A DNA stretch of 47,436 nucleotides from Anthoceros angustus (GCA_010909165.1 VJWM01000349.1:1-47436); one strand, 5' to 3'. Counted from the stretch's first letter, positions 1 to 11,604 are shown. Made by a program: numbers and translations. The notes: generated from the letters alone by a model not told the origin.

Positions 1-580
1 CTCTCGCGCCATCTTCCACCCTTGGCGCTCACGGCGCTCCCTCATCTTCGACTCCTCAGTTCCTCGGAGTCCATTTTGATGGCCTCATCAAAATCGAGCC
101 TCAGCTGCTGTTGCGGCTCCTTTGATCATCATCATGAGGACCCAATGTCCTCCTCTTGGCCACGCATCACCTCATTGTTGGCCTTCAAAATCCTATTGTG
201 GTGAGCCCCAAGCTATGATATTGCATTTGGAGATCATCAATCTCATGGGCCACTCTCCATCTTCACTACCTTTAGGCATCCTTGAGGTGGTCAATTCCCC
301 ACCTTGACATGGAGGATACATTTTCCTCCCTCACTTGCCCCATTTGGTTGGCCATCTTTGGAAGGGCATAGTCACTTAAAATCTCCGTTCTCACCACATC
401 TGGCACCTTCTTGTGGTGCTCCTCCTCTGGAACCTCTTTTGTTCCAATTAGAGCCGTGGCAAGTCTCTCCCTCTCCTCCTGCCAAGCACTCTTTTCGCGC
501 TTCAATTCTTGCAGTCTTAGGTCTTGAGCCTCCAGCTCCGAACGCCTCTCTTCCTTCACAACGCACGAGTTCCAAGACAT
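1..580 (-). pseudogene. C-terminal coiled-coil part of the family-B LTR-internal ORF (fragment)
   Basis: Colinear with 25130-25690 on the opposite strand (ELEAQDLRLQELKREKSAWQEERERL ... HNRILKANNEV ... RRTLGPHDDD); frameshifted. Confidence 0.75.
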
Positions 581-682
581 GTAGGCCTCTTCCTAGACCC
601 CCGCTCCACCTCCTTACAAGATCCTCTCAGCTCATACTGCAAGCTAGCAACAAAAATCTCAAAATTTCATTGTTGCCAAGTA

Positions 683-693
683 CAGCAGCGCCA
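683..693 (-). other. Degenerate primer-binding site (tRNA-Asp type)
   Basis: Minus strand reads ...CCCACA TTTT TGGCGCTGCTG, the same LTR end, TTTT spacer and PBS layout as the intact copies at 33181-33211 and 39053-39080. Confidence 0.65.
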
Positions 694-1507
694 AAAATGT
701 GGGAAAACCGGGGCACTCCAGATTCCCCTCTGGCCACACTTATCACGTTTACGTTGGGTTTCGTCCCATGAGACTTGGGAGCAGTCGAATCTTGATCCGT
801 CACTACTGCGCTACACTACCTCAGCCTTCTAAACAAGCAAGGCGCCCTCTCACGCTCCCTCTCAGCGCGCCGCGCCCGTTCACCAAACCTCAACCTACAC
901 ACCACACAATTGCAGGTTCGTCTTACATCACGCGCCAGGGACCCCGACCCACACCGCGTCCCTACTCCTAAGACACTCTTCTCCACAGGGGCGCCTCTCT
1001 TGCAGTTGGGATTCGTCCCTTAGGCTGCACTGTGGCCTTAGTTTTCCTACACTCTAATCCTCCTCACAACTCTCTCAATCAACAACGCCCTCTTCTTCTC
1101 TACTCATCTACCCTTCCTTCCTCCACAATCTCCTACTCTAACACCAATTCTGGCTCATTAATTCCAACTCGCCCTACGGCTGGCACGGGGTCCGTCCAGG
1201 AATGTGAGTTCTTCCTTGGGCGGTTGCTATGTGGTTTGCAGGAGCGAGAACCTCCGAGTCTTTCCTGCAGTCTACCCTCAAGCCGAGTTCCTTGAGCATC
1301 GCCACACTCAAAGCAAAACAATTCACCGGCAACCATTCACAAGGGAGGCTAGCGGGCGCTGCAAAGAGCAAGCCCTCCACCCGGCCTCCCGCGCGTTCTC
1401 CCTCTCTACGGACCTGCGTTGGCTTGCGGCGGCCGAAATTCACGCACAAAGTGAAGGACTCGGGAGGATGGGGCGCAGACACGATAATTTTACTTCACAA
1501 GCTCCCT

Positions 1508-1517
1508 CCTTTTATAG
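1508..1517 (-). promoter_or_regulatory. LTR TATA box (CTATAAAAGG)
   Basis: Same motif and context at 32131-32140 and 37102-37111; variant at 26570-26579. Confidence 0.7.
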
Positions 1518-2185
1518 GGAGGTCCTCACATCTGACCTCCCACAGCGCCCTCACAGCCTTGCCTCCTTATTTTAGTGTATCCTGTTGCCGACTTTAAGTT
1601 CGACATCCAAGCATCTTGGGTAAAATTCTATTCTAGCAAATTCACCTATGTGAGCCTTAATGGCTCTGTCAACATTCCTATCTAGCTAGTCAACACACTC
1701 TCTGGGTGACAAGCATTAATGCATCCTCCTCTAAAGAAAAGTCTTCCCAAGTGGCATCTTGCCCCATGTCTTCAAGCTAATTTAAGGACTTCTTATGAAT
1801 CCCTTCCTTATCTTGATGCCTATCTTGAGTTCCTTCCTCCAATAAAATAGCCGGGCTCTCTTAGCCTTGGCTCATCCTCGACTTCTCCTCTTCCTCTCAC
1901 TTGTGGAGCAAGTGAGCTCCTTACTCTGCACCATGTTGGGAGGTTGGTCTTCTCCTTGTGATTCTTGCTCCATTCACAAGATCAACCCCTCTTCCTTCTT
2001 TCGCAAGGGCCAAGGTGCCTCCCTTGCCGTCAAATCCATGCTAGCGACCTTGAATCACGCTTCTTCCACCTCCTACCATGGTAGGACCTTCTCCACCTCC
2101 TACAGTAGGACCTCCTACCAGTCCCTCCTGCAGTAGGAACTCCTCCTACCACGGTGAGTTCCTCAGTTTCTTCTTCCTTACCCCT

Positions 2186-4061
2186 TCACAGGGTGATTCT
2201 CTCCACATGCAGCTTCTCCCCGCTTCCTGAAGTTTCTCCACTGCTTGGGACACTCTCCAAGTCTAAGGCTTCCGGTTGGACTTGCATGAGGGCCTCCCTA
2301 TCATCGTCATGAGGTCCCAACATCCTCCTCTCGACAAGTCGCAACAACTCGTTAGTGGCCTTGAGCACCTTGTTGTGAAGATGGGCTGCAAATCGTTGTT
2401 GTGCCATCTCAATTCTTGTAATCCTCAAGCCATACTCCATGCTCACACTTGCTTTTGTAAGCATCTCGCTCCAAGGCCAGCTCACGGTCTTGACATGGAG
2501 AGCCACATTCTCCGTCCTCTCATTACGGTTGGCGGATCAATCTCTCTTGTAGGGCATAATCGGAAATCTACGCTCCCTCGCCAACACTCTTTTGCCTCAT
2601 GACCTTCTCCTTTGCCATTTCTTCCTCCAACTCCCCTATCCTCCTAGGGAGTTGTGCATTCTCCGTTCTTTGGACTTCGTTCCATTTCCAATCTTTGGAC
2701 AAAATGTGTCCGTTCTTCCAGCTCTTCTTCCTTCAATTCCGACCTCCTGGTTTCTCCCGCTCCTTTTCCATGTCACTAATCTTCACGGCTGTGTGGCTAT
2801 GACCGCTCATGTGCGCCTACTTGCCTTTGTCTTTGTCCTCATTTCTTTTAGATTGCTCTCGTCTTGACCTTTCCTCCATTAGCAGCACTTGCTTGTCTTC
2901 CTTCTTTTCCCATGCACCATGTGAGCAAGTTGCTCCACCTTCTCCTCTCGATGCCAATTGCTTGGTAAGAGCCTTGTTCTCCGAATATGATGGTTTGTTT
3001 CCTGTTGCCTTGTCTTCAAGACTCTTTTCCAAGTGCTCCACTTGAGCTTCCATCCTCATAACATCCTCCGCATTTGGGTTTCTCGCCTACACCGCAATTT
3101 CCCTTGCTTGGTAGGTCCTTGTCTTCTCCCTCCGTCTTCAAGAATTCAACTCTCCTCTTGGCGGCTCCTATGTCTACCTTCTTTGAACATCTCCCCTATC
3201 GGCATCTCCTCCAACATGTCTAAGTCTCCTTTCTTACCTCGGGAGACTCAAGGCCTTTGCCTTGCTCATGGGATCTTACATCCCTTGCTTCCCTATGATG
3301 AGCTCCCGCTCATCACTTGGTGGGGCAACTCCTCCCACCGTGACTCCATCCGCTCGCCCACCTAGCAGGGCGGTTGCCTTCTTATCTCCCTCTTGGGAGC
3401 TTCCAAACCGTGACTTCCTTTCCCTCCTACCGTGGTGGAGGTGCTCCCTGGTAGGACTACTTCCCTACCGTGGTAGGACTAATTCTGCCATGTAGGCCTT
3501 GTCATGAGGAGGGACGAAGGGGTCCCAAACCCCGTGGGAACACCTCCCACCCTCAGGCGGGATTCACGCCATGGTAGGATCTATCCTACCTTCCATCTCC
3601 GCATCCTCCATGGTCCAAACTTCAAATCCCCTACAACTTCTCCTTGCAAGTCCTCCAGCATCCTCGGCCTATCTTTGAGGATTCCTTCCGGCAATAATGT
3701 CCCGGTGGTGCGGCACCTCCTTTAGGCGCAAAGCACCAAGCACTCCTGTCCCTCTCACAGGCGTAAGTACACAATGTTAAAGGGATGCTTGGAATCATCC
3801 AACTCCTTACTTGTGAGTAGCCCTCTACTTCCCACAATGCACTAGATAAGTGCTAAGATAGACCTTGGGTCTTCATCCGGCGCGTTGGGTTTTGAACTTC
3901 TCCGGTGGTAGGTGTATGCTTCATACATGATGAGCCCCAATCCCGCTCCTTGGTGATCTTCCATAGAAAATGGAGGAAGGTAGTGCTGAAATATGACACC
4001 CTTGGATTGCTCACCAAGCCCAAAACAATTCTTGTGAACAATCTCCACTTGGGCTCCAATT
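2186..4061 (-). pseudogene. Family-A LTR-internal ORF, central and C-terminal part (frameshifted)
   Basis: ORF pieces LEPKWRLFTRIVLGLVSNPRVSYFSTTFLHFLWKIT, WEVEGYSQVRSWMIPSIPL, MRMEAQVEHLEKSLED, LHNKVLKATNELLRLVERRMLGPHDDD in colinear order. Confidence 0.75.
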
Positions 4062-4317
4062 TGGTGAACATCTTGGAAGCCTTCTTGATTGCCATGATGG
4101 TGGAAAGAGGAGAGGAGAGGAGGAGGCAAGTGTACTCTCTCTCATTGAGATGAGGCTTGGAGGTATTTATACCCTCAATAGCTCCTAGGAAGCTCACAAG
4201 AAGCCCCTAGGAAGGAGCACAAGAAGCTTCCTAGTGATTAAGCTAAACTAATGATATCGACACCTAACTTAGACTAAGTGTATTAGTCTAAGTACATTGA
4301 ACTTTAATACCCTTACA
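4062..4317 (-). repeat. Copia 3' LTR (~256 bp)
   Basis: Minus strand TGTAAGGG...TATAAATA...TTCACCA, preceded by PPT-like AAGTGGGAGGT; host ORF resumes at about 4061. Confidence 0.8.
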
Positions 4318-4373
4318 ACCTCCCACTTAAAGGCCAATTTACCTTCGTAGGAGAATGGACTATCTCATGCCCA

Positions 4374-6369
4374 TCAGTGTCCGAGCTTGTGCAAATTGCT
4401 CCGTAGAGAGTCCCTTGGTAAGAATATCTGCAGGGTTCTGGTGTGAACCTTGACAAGTTGTACCCTCTTGTCATCTAACACCTCTCGAATGAAGTGATAC
4501 TTCACATCCACATGTTTAGTCTTCGCATGAAACACTGGATTCTTTGCCAATTGGATAGCACTCTGGCTATCACAATGCAACACTGGCGACTCAACCTTGA
4601 TCCCCAAGTCTCCCACTAAGCAGGCAAGCCATATGGCTTCCTTGCAAGCCTCGATTCTTTGCGCAACATACTCGGCCTCTGTGGTAGATAGCGTAATGCC
4701 GCAGATCGCCATGAGGCGCCCCTCCGTGCACATGAAGACATAACACGATGTGGACCTCCTTTTGTCCATATCCCTGCATAATCGTGTATGTACCCAACCA
4801 CACATGCATCTTCACTACCAAAACATATGCACAAAGCTTTTGTACCATTCGGATACCTCATAACTCCTTTTCCTCCCAATGCTTCTTGCGGTTTGACATA
4901 AAACACCCACTCCCACGCAAAGGCAATGTCGGGGCGTGTAGCAATCATTGCATACATCAAACTCCCTGGTGATGAGTATGGGACCTTCTCCATTTCGACT
5001 TTGTCCTCCTCGAGCTTGGGCAATCCCGGCGAAAGTTTCACATATGGAGGCAATGGGTACCCAATGGCTTCCCTTCTCCATGTTGAAACGTTGAAGCACC
5101 ACATTAATGTATTAATGCGAGACAAATAAAGCGGAGCTTATATGCATTCGACGAATCGCATGCCAATATGGCTCGCCTCTCCCAAGTCTCATTTCAAAGT
5201 GAGCATTCAACTTTGACTTCAACGAAATCTCGATCTTTTCGACAATTAGCATATCATCCATAGAGGATCAAAATGAGCAAGCTTTGATCCTTAGCTTGCT
5301 TCGTATAGGCAATGATCCTCATCGCTCGTTTGTAGCCTTGAGAAAGCATAAATGAGTGGAACTTGTGATACCACTCTCTGGGTTGTTTCAAACCATAAAG
5401 GCTCTTCCTCAACACGCACGGATGCTCTTTGCCCTTCTCAACAAAACCTTGTTGCATGTAGACGTCCTCTTGAAGGTCACCATGCAAGAATGCCGTCTTG
5501 ACATCCATCATACAAGTTCCATATCATTCACGGCAAAGCAAGAACACATCGCAAAGTTGTCATTTTGACTGGTGAGAAAATCTCATCAAAGTCAATGCAC
5601 ATTGTTGCTTGAAACCCTTAGCAACCAATCGTGCCTTGTACTTTGGTTTGCCATCATATGACCTTCATCTTGTACACCCATTTGCGGTGCCTTCTTATCC
5701 TTAGGCAACGGAACCAACTCCCAAGTTTGGTTCTTATCAAAATTTTACATTGCATGGCCTTCTCCCACTCTTTGTTACTGATGGCCTCTTTGTAAGAAGG
5801 GTTCCCCAATCTCGACATAACATAATCCAGATGGATCATACACATCGGAGGTGTAATCCTGCGACCTCAACACGAGCACCTCTATAGGTGCTTGTTCGAC
5901 TCTTGGTTCATCTGGGTGGAGGAATGTGCTCCACATTACCACGTTATCAACCCCCTTGATGATGTCCATCTTCTTGGAAGATCACCCTTCGCACCTCCAC
6001 AGTTGGAGTAGGCTTCCTGTGCATCTTGTTCTCATTGAAGAACACGTCGTTAATCGAACAACCTTTCTAGCCTCGGATCCACAAGCGGTATCCCATCTCA
6101 CGGAATCACCATAGCCAAGAAAAATACATTTCTTGGACTTAGGTGCCAACTTGTCCCGAAACTCTTTTGGAACATGGCGGTATGCCTCACGCCAAACACT
6201 CGCGGATGCTTGTAGGATGGTTTCTTTCCGGACCATAGCTCCTCCACCGCTCATCAATGACCTTATTAGGAGATCATTAATAAGATGAAGCAGTGAACAC
6301 ACGCCGCCCAAAACCCATTAGGCAATCCGAGTTTGACAACAAACTACGCATCTCTCATGTTGTTCATGG
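4374..6369 (-). pseudogene. pol: Copia pol remnant (integrase C-terminal part, reverse transcriptase, RNase H)
   Basis: RDKLAPKSKKCIFLGYG; MDVKTAFLHGDLQEDVYM; RKSLYGLKQ; GSLMYAMIATRPDIAFA; LSTTEAEYVA; CDSQSAIQLAKNPVFHAKTKHVDVKYHFIRE. Many frameshifts. Confidence 0.95.
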
Positions 6370-6584
6370 TGTGGAGCATAAAAGTTTGGGCAACTAGCTT
6401 AAATGAGTTGCTTGAAAGCAGCCCCACTCTTTTGCTAGAAATGGTTTGGTGAAGACATGCAAGGAAATTTTTGCTCCTTTTTGAGGCGGGAGTTGTAGGA
6501 CCATGTCGGGAAGGCAGAGGATATGCGGGGAAAAAGCGGGTCAAAAGCGACCTTGAGGAGAAAGGTAACCTACATGAGTGGTAG

Positions 6585-6800
6585 GTGTCCTACCAGAGAA
6601 ACTCCTACCATGGTAGTGAGGGTGGGAGATCCTACCGTGGGAGAATGACCACTGCTAGTGTTTTGATCACCTACCGTGTAGGAATAGCTCCTACCATGGT
6701 AGGAGAGGGTAGGAAGGTATCCTACCGAGAAACTCCTACCGTGGTAGGAGAAAGGAAGCATACCATGGTGGAGGATGTCCTACCACCAGTGGGAGATGGT
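6585..6800. repeat. Array of CCTACC(A/G)TGGTAGG palindromes
   Basis: Perfect 18-bp palindrome CTCCTACCATGGTAGGAG at 6688-6705, CTCCTACCGTGGTAGGAG at 6733-6750, and several degenerate units. Confidence 0.85.
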
Positions 6801-6990
6801 TCTAAGGAAGTAGCTTATGTTTTAGGCGGGATAGGCTTGCTATATATAGAGTCTTTTAGTGGACTAGATAAATAGGCCAAAATAGGTAATTAAGAAATTA
6901 GAGGCTAATTTTCGATTAGAAATTAGAAAAATAGGGAAATGGTATTTTAGTATAAGGAATTAGGAAACTAACATCAATGGTGAGAAAGGG

Positions 6991-7061
6991 GCCACGTGGC
7001 ACACATCCAAGGGCAGGATAGAATGGTAGTTACTTTTCTAACCCTTGGGTGACTTATAAAA
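6991..7061 (+). promoter_or_regulatory. Internal promoter: G-box GCCACGTGGC and TATAAAA upstream of the LTR ORF
   Basis: G-box 6991-7000 and TATAAAA 7055-7061; both are conserved in the second copy (46041-46050 and 45979-45985). Function inferred. Confidence 0.55.
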
Positions 7062-7569
7062 GTGGTGCTGCAGGAGGCCACTCGAAACTTGAGGCGGCCT
7101 CCAGAAGGCGCCGCCACACCTCAAGCTGCCAAGGCCCCCACCGCCGTACACGCCCGTCTGAGGAGGGAGGAGCTCGGCAAGGAGATCGGGCGCCCAAGAG
7201 AGGGAAGGAGGAAAAGAAGAAGAGAAGGGAGAAGAAGGTTGGGCGCAACCCAACACTCCAAGCTCGTGAGGGTGCCTAGGAGGGTGGAGCGTGGCAAGAT
7301 TGCTAGGAAACCGTGCGGAAGGGCTCCTAAATTGCTGTGGCGGTGTAAAGTCCGTGGGGAATTTTGTGAGCTTTCTCTTGCAGGAGAAATCGGGGTTTAG
7401 GGCGCCAAGGTGTAAGGACTGCAGGAGGAGGCAAGGGCAAGGACCTTTGAGCTGTGAGCAAGAGCAAATCGAGGAGGAGAAAGCGTTTGCAAGGATAGGA
7501 AGGCGGTCTGCGGGGTGCGGGGAGGCATCACTTTTCTTCAATTTCGTGCAAGTACTAACCAAGGAGGCC

Positions 7570-9669
7570 ATGACCAAGCCTACCATGACCAAGGGCAAGG
7601 TAGTAGCCAAGGAAGGAGCGTCCACCAAGGGAGGTGGCGAGGAGGCAAGAGGTCTAAGGCGGAGGATCGACCGGAGGTGGAAATTTGACATGCCTACGTG
7701 CTATGCAGGCCAGCTATCCTCTAGAGACCTTTCGGACTTTCGACCTTGGGCAGCGAGGAGAATATTCAGCTAGAGTGGGTGTATGGGACATTGGTCTTAC
7801 ACCAACCTTGAATTGATAGAGAGTGTTTTGCTAATTTGCGTGACGGAGAGGAATTGGCCGCCTTAGGATAGCAGACGGATCACGGTGTTGGGTAAGGAGC
7901 ATACGCCGGTATATGGCGGGGGGAGCGAGGATAGCGGAATCACGTTGATGGAAGGAAGCAGTGGAGGCAAGCGTGCATCAGCGGATCTTCCCAAGGAGCC
8001 CTTATATGCAAGGGGCATGAAGGCTAAGTCCAAGAACGGTTGGCGACGGACCAAATCTTGGAGCCCAAGTGGAGATTGTTCACAAGAATTGTTTTGGGCT
8101 TGGTGAGCAATCCAAGGGTGTCATATTTCAGCACTACCTTCCTCCATTTTCTATGGAAGATCACTCAAGGCGAAGCGGATTGGGGGCTCATCATGTATGA
8201 AGCATACACCTACCACCGGAGTTCTTGAAACGCGTCGGATGAAGGCAGGTCACCATGCTATCTTAGCACTTATCTAGTGCATTTGTGGGAAGTAGAGGGC
8301 TACTCACAAGTAAGGAGTTGGATGATTCCAAGCATCCCTTTAACATTGTGTACTTACCGGAGAGGGACAGTGCTTGGTGCTGCTAAAGGAGGTGCGGACC
8401 ACAGGACATTATTCTGGAAGGAATCCCTCAGAAAGATAGGCGGAGGATGTGCGGGAGGACTTGCAAGGAGAAGTTGTAGGGGATTTGAAGTTTGGACCCA
8501 TGAGGATGCGGAGATGGAAGGTAGGATAGATCCTACCATGGCGGGAATCCCGCTGGGTGGGAGGTGTTCCCACGGTGGTTTGGGACCCCTTTGGTCCTCT
8601 CATGACAAGGCCTGGGTGATTAGTCCTACCACGGTAGGAAGTAGTCCTGGTGGTAGGAGCACCTCCTACCACGGTAGGAGGAAAGGAAGTCACGGTTTGG
8701 AAGCTCCCAAGGAGATAAGAAGGCAACCGGCCCGTTAGGGGGCGGCGGATGGAGTCACGGTGGGAGGAGTTGCCCACCAAGTGATGAGCGGGAGCTCATC
8801 ATAGGGAAGCAAGGGATGTAAGATCCCATGAGCAAGGCAAAGGCCTTGAGTCTCCCGGAGGTAAGAAAGGAGACTTGGACATGTTGGAGGAGATCTGCGC
8901 ATAGGGAGATGTTCAGCAAGGTAGACATAGGAGCCGCCAAGAGGAGAGTTGAATTCTTGAAGGCGGAGGCGGAGAAGACAAGGACCTACCAAGCAAGGGA
9001 AATTGCGGGTGGCGGAAACCCAGTGGAGGATGTTATGAGGATGGAAGCTCAAGTGGAGCACTTGGAAAGAGTCTTGAGGCGAGGCCGAAACAAACCATCA
9101 TATTCGGAGAACAAGGCTCTTACCAAGCAATTGGCAGCTCGAGAGGAGAAGGTGGAGCAACTTGCTCACATGGTGCGCACATGGGAAAAGAAGGAGACAA
9201 GCAAGTGCTGCTAATGGAGGAAAGGTCAAGGCGAGCAATCTCAGCAAATGAGGACAAAGGCAAGTAGGCGCACATGAGCGGGTCATAGCCACAGTGTGAA
9301 GATTAGTGACATGGAAAAGGAGCTGGGAGAAATCCAGGGCTGGAATTGAAGGAAGAAGAGCTGGAAGACGGACACATTTGTCCAAAGATTGGAAATGGAG
9401 CAGAAGTCCGGAGAGAATGCACAACTCCCTAGGAGGATAGGGAGTTGGAGGAAGAAATGGCAAAGGAGAAAGTCATGAGGCGGTGGTGCGGCATATGTTG
9501 GCGGTGAGGAGATTTCGGGCTGATTATGCCTACAAGAGAGATTGATCCAAGCTGCAGAATGAGAGGAGAGAATGTGGCTCTCCATGTCAAGGCGGTGAGC
9601 TGGCCTTGGGCAGATGCTTACAAAAGCAAGTGTGAGCATGGTGTATGGCTTGAGGATTATGAAGAATTG
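7570..9669 (+). pseudogene. Family-A LTR-internal ORF, resembling Athila extra-ORF / putative plant transposon protein, with coiled-coil tail (frameshifted)
   Basis: MTKPTMTKGK..., CYAGQLSSRDLSDFRPW, YTNLELIEECFANL, WRLFTRIVLGLV, LWKITQG..DWGLIMYEAY, STYLVHLW. Family assignment is by motif resemblance only. Confidence 0.7.
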
Positions 9670-11351
9670 TCCCAATGCGGCTTGGCTCCTCTCGAAATCT
9701 TCCACAAAATTGGGGAAGTTGGTGCCGAAGTGAAGTCCGTTGGTAATTCACCAACCACAACACAATCTTTGCAAAGAGCCTCCACTTCAGCTCCTTGATA
9801 CTATCCGTCTTCCATCCATTCTTGGCATGGCCTTCACTCCTCCATCCATCATATCGAGGACCTCCTGCGGAATTTCCGAGAGGGCAATCCTCTTCCCTCC
9901 AGTTGTCCTCTCGAGGAGAGAGATTTCTGAGCTCTCCTCCTCCAGCCTTCCATACACTTGTCGGTCCTTGGGTCGGGTGGAGCATTCCTCTCTCCAGCAA
10001 GGTTGATGAGGTTGATGTAACACTCCTCAATCAATTCCAAATTGGTGTAGGCCCATTGGCGGCCATACACCCATCCCAATTGGATGTTGTCTTCTTCTGC
10101 CCATTGCCGAAAATCGACCAAATCGCGGGGGTTGAGCTGCCCCGCAAAACAAGTGAATTGGGGCATCTCGACTTCACCCCCTCCTGGCGGCGCAGCCTCC
10201 GCTGCCTTCTTTCCTTTTCCTCCTCGTGAGGAGGAACCCTTGGCAGGCGGTTCCTTCCCCTTGCCTTTTCCAGCTCGAGGCATGGCGCCTTTTCACTCTC
10301 CAAACGCTTCTAAGGAAGAGAATTACTCCCCAATTCCACGCGTTGAGGGCTCCAAAGCCTCACTCCCAAACCTCCTTCCTTGTCAGCTGTGACATCCAAC
10401 TGAGGCACAAGTACACATTAGCCACGGCTTGAGCCCTCCAGCTGCTGCCAATTCCCTCTCGCATAATTTCTCCTGTGGCAGGCGCCCGGGTAAACAGCAA
10501 ATGGGGCTCCTTCCTGCTCTTTGACCTCCACGGTCCTCACGCTTCGGTGCTCCAGGGTGCCTCCGTCTTGAGCTCTGCTTCCGGCCTCCAAAAGCGCGCT
10601 CCTCCTGATTGCGAACTCAAAGAAAACTTCCCACAATCCAGGATGTTGGATGCCTTCCTCTTCGCTCCGCCACGCTCAGTTAGGGCTTTCTCTCTTTTCT
10701 CAGCTTGCGCGCCGTCTTCCTCTCGTTCGCAGGTTGCAGCGACAGCGATGGCGATGTCAGCCCACTCTTTTCCTTCTCCTTCGCGCTTACTCTCCAACTC
10801 CAGTCACAGTCCTTCACGAAGTGTGGACGTTCCAGCTCGAAGAGAAAGTTGGCGCTTCCAAAACTGCACTTTGCCCTCCTTGGATGACCGCCACCTGGAG
10901 GCTTCACAACCCTAGATTGGGTTGATCATTCTAAAATACCTAATCCTAAACTGCCTATTTTCCTATCCTATCCGCTACCCCTAACTAAGGACCTTCTAAT
11001 TAATCTTATTTATCTATTTCCCATTGGTAGGCATATATAGTGGATATCCCCTTTATTCTAATTTCCGTTTCGGGAGTCCTCGTCGGAAAGCCTACGGTGG
11101 TAGCCTCTGCGGTAATTTTTTGCTCTCCAGGCGTAGTGTGGCGACCTACCGTCCTTTTGACGCCCATGCCTCGTGGGGTCATTTTGACCCGTTCTTTTCC
11201 ACAGGATATCCTCTACGCCTTCCTAATATCCTACAACTCGACTCCAAGCTTCTCGGAAAATTTCCATGTCCCCTCAATTGTTTTCGGCCAAGAAAAGTCG
11301 GCTCATCCCTGCAGCTCGTTTGGACGGGTTGCCCAAACTTTACGTTCCACA
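9660..11351 (-). mobile_element. Gypsy family-B long LTR, 5' part
   Basis: Starts TGTGGAACGTAAAGTTTGGGCAAC at 11351; colinear with 22558-24070. Confidence 0.78.
9670..10283 (-). pseudogene. Family-B LTR-internal ORF, N-terminal part
   Basis: MPRAGKGKGK...CFAGQLNPRDLVDFRQWAEEDNIQLGWVYGRQWAYTNLELIEECYINL...KNGWKTDSIKELKWRLFAKIVL; a clear homologue of the family-A ORF. Confidence 0.75.
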
Positions 11352-11442
11352 TCGCTAGGGCTTGGGCCACCAAGGTGGAACCAGGCAACTCAGCCCCCAC
11401 ACCGACGGCGTGATAAGGCGGATGGAGATAAGGCGGCTAGCA

Positions 11443-11592
11443 TGTTAAATATAAAAGGGTGCGGCTAGTTAGGGTTGGTCATGTGAACCGTTTTTGAGTT
11501 GCATATATAGTGAGGCCATATGTATTTGTTCAACACACTTTTTGTTTAATCATTTTTACAAAGTCTGTTTTTCGCTCCTCGCAAAATAAACA
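11443..11592 (+). repeat. Copia 5' LTR (150 bp)
   Basis: TGTTAAATATAAAA...AAATAAACA; direct repeat of 17203-17338. Confidence 0.93.
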
Positions 11593-11604
11593 TGGTATCA
11601 GAGC
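11593..11604 (+). other. Primer-binding site, tRNA-iMet
   Basis: TGGTATCAGAGC immediately after the LTR. Confidence 0.95.

Larger units (their letters stand above)
698..4061 (-). mobile_element. Gypsy family-A long LTR, 3' two-thirds (ORF body, TATA, R/U5), cut by a copia LTR
   Basis: Ends in GATAAGTGTGGCC...CCCACA followed by a PBS; about 1140-1750 aligns with the direct-repeat LTR at about 31910-32470; 2410-4060 aligns with 8050-9669 and in part with 43690-44620. Confidence 0.8.
4062..6369 (-). mobile_element. Ty1/copia retrotransposon, 5'-truncated (part of integrase, RT, RNase H, 3' LTR)
   Basis: Domain order INT-RT-RH, then a purine tract and a TG...CA LTR; cut inside integrase by the LTR starting at 6370. 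Confidence 0.93.
6370..9669 (+). mobile_element. Gypsy family-A long LTR, 5' part
   Basis: Starts TGTGGAGCATAAAAGTTTGGGCAAC (compare the proven LTR start TGTGGAATATGAAAGTTTGGGCAC at 34517); colinear with 43690-46686 on the minus strand. Confidence 0.8.

Noticed and set aside
6585-6800. CRISPR array
   Set aside because: Units are short, degenerate and irregularly spaced, with no unique spacers of constant length and no cas genes.
6370-11351. DNA transposon with terminal inverted repeats
   Set aside because: The inverted ends are the starts of two different LTR families in opposite orientation; flanks CATGG and TCGCT form no TSD and belong to different hosts.
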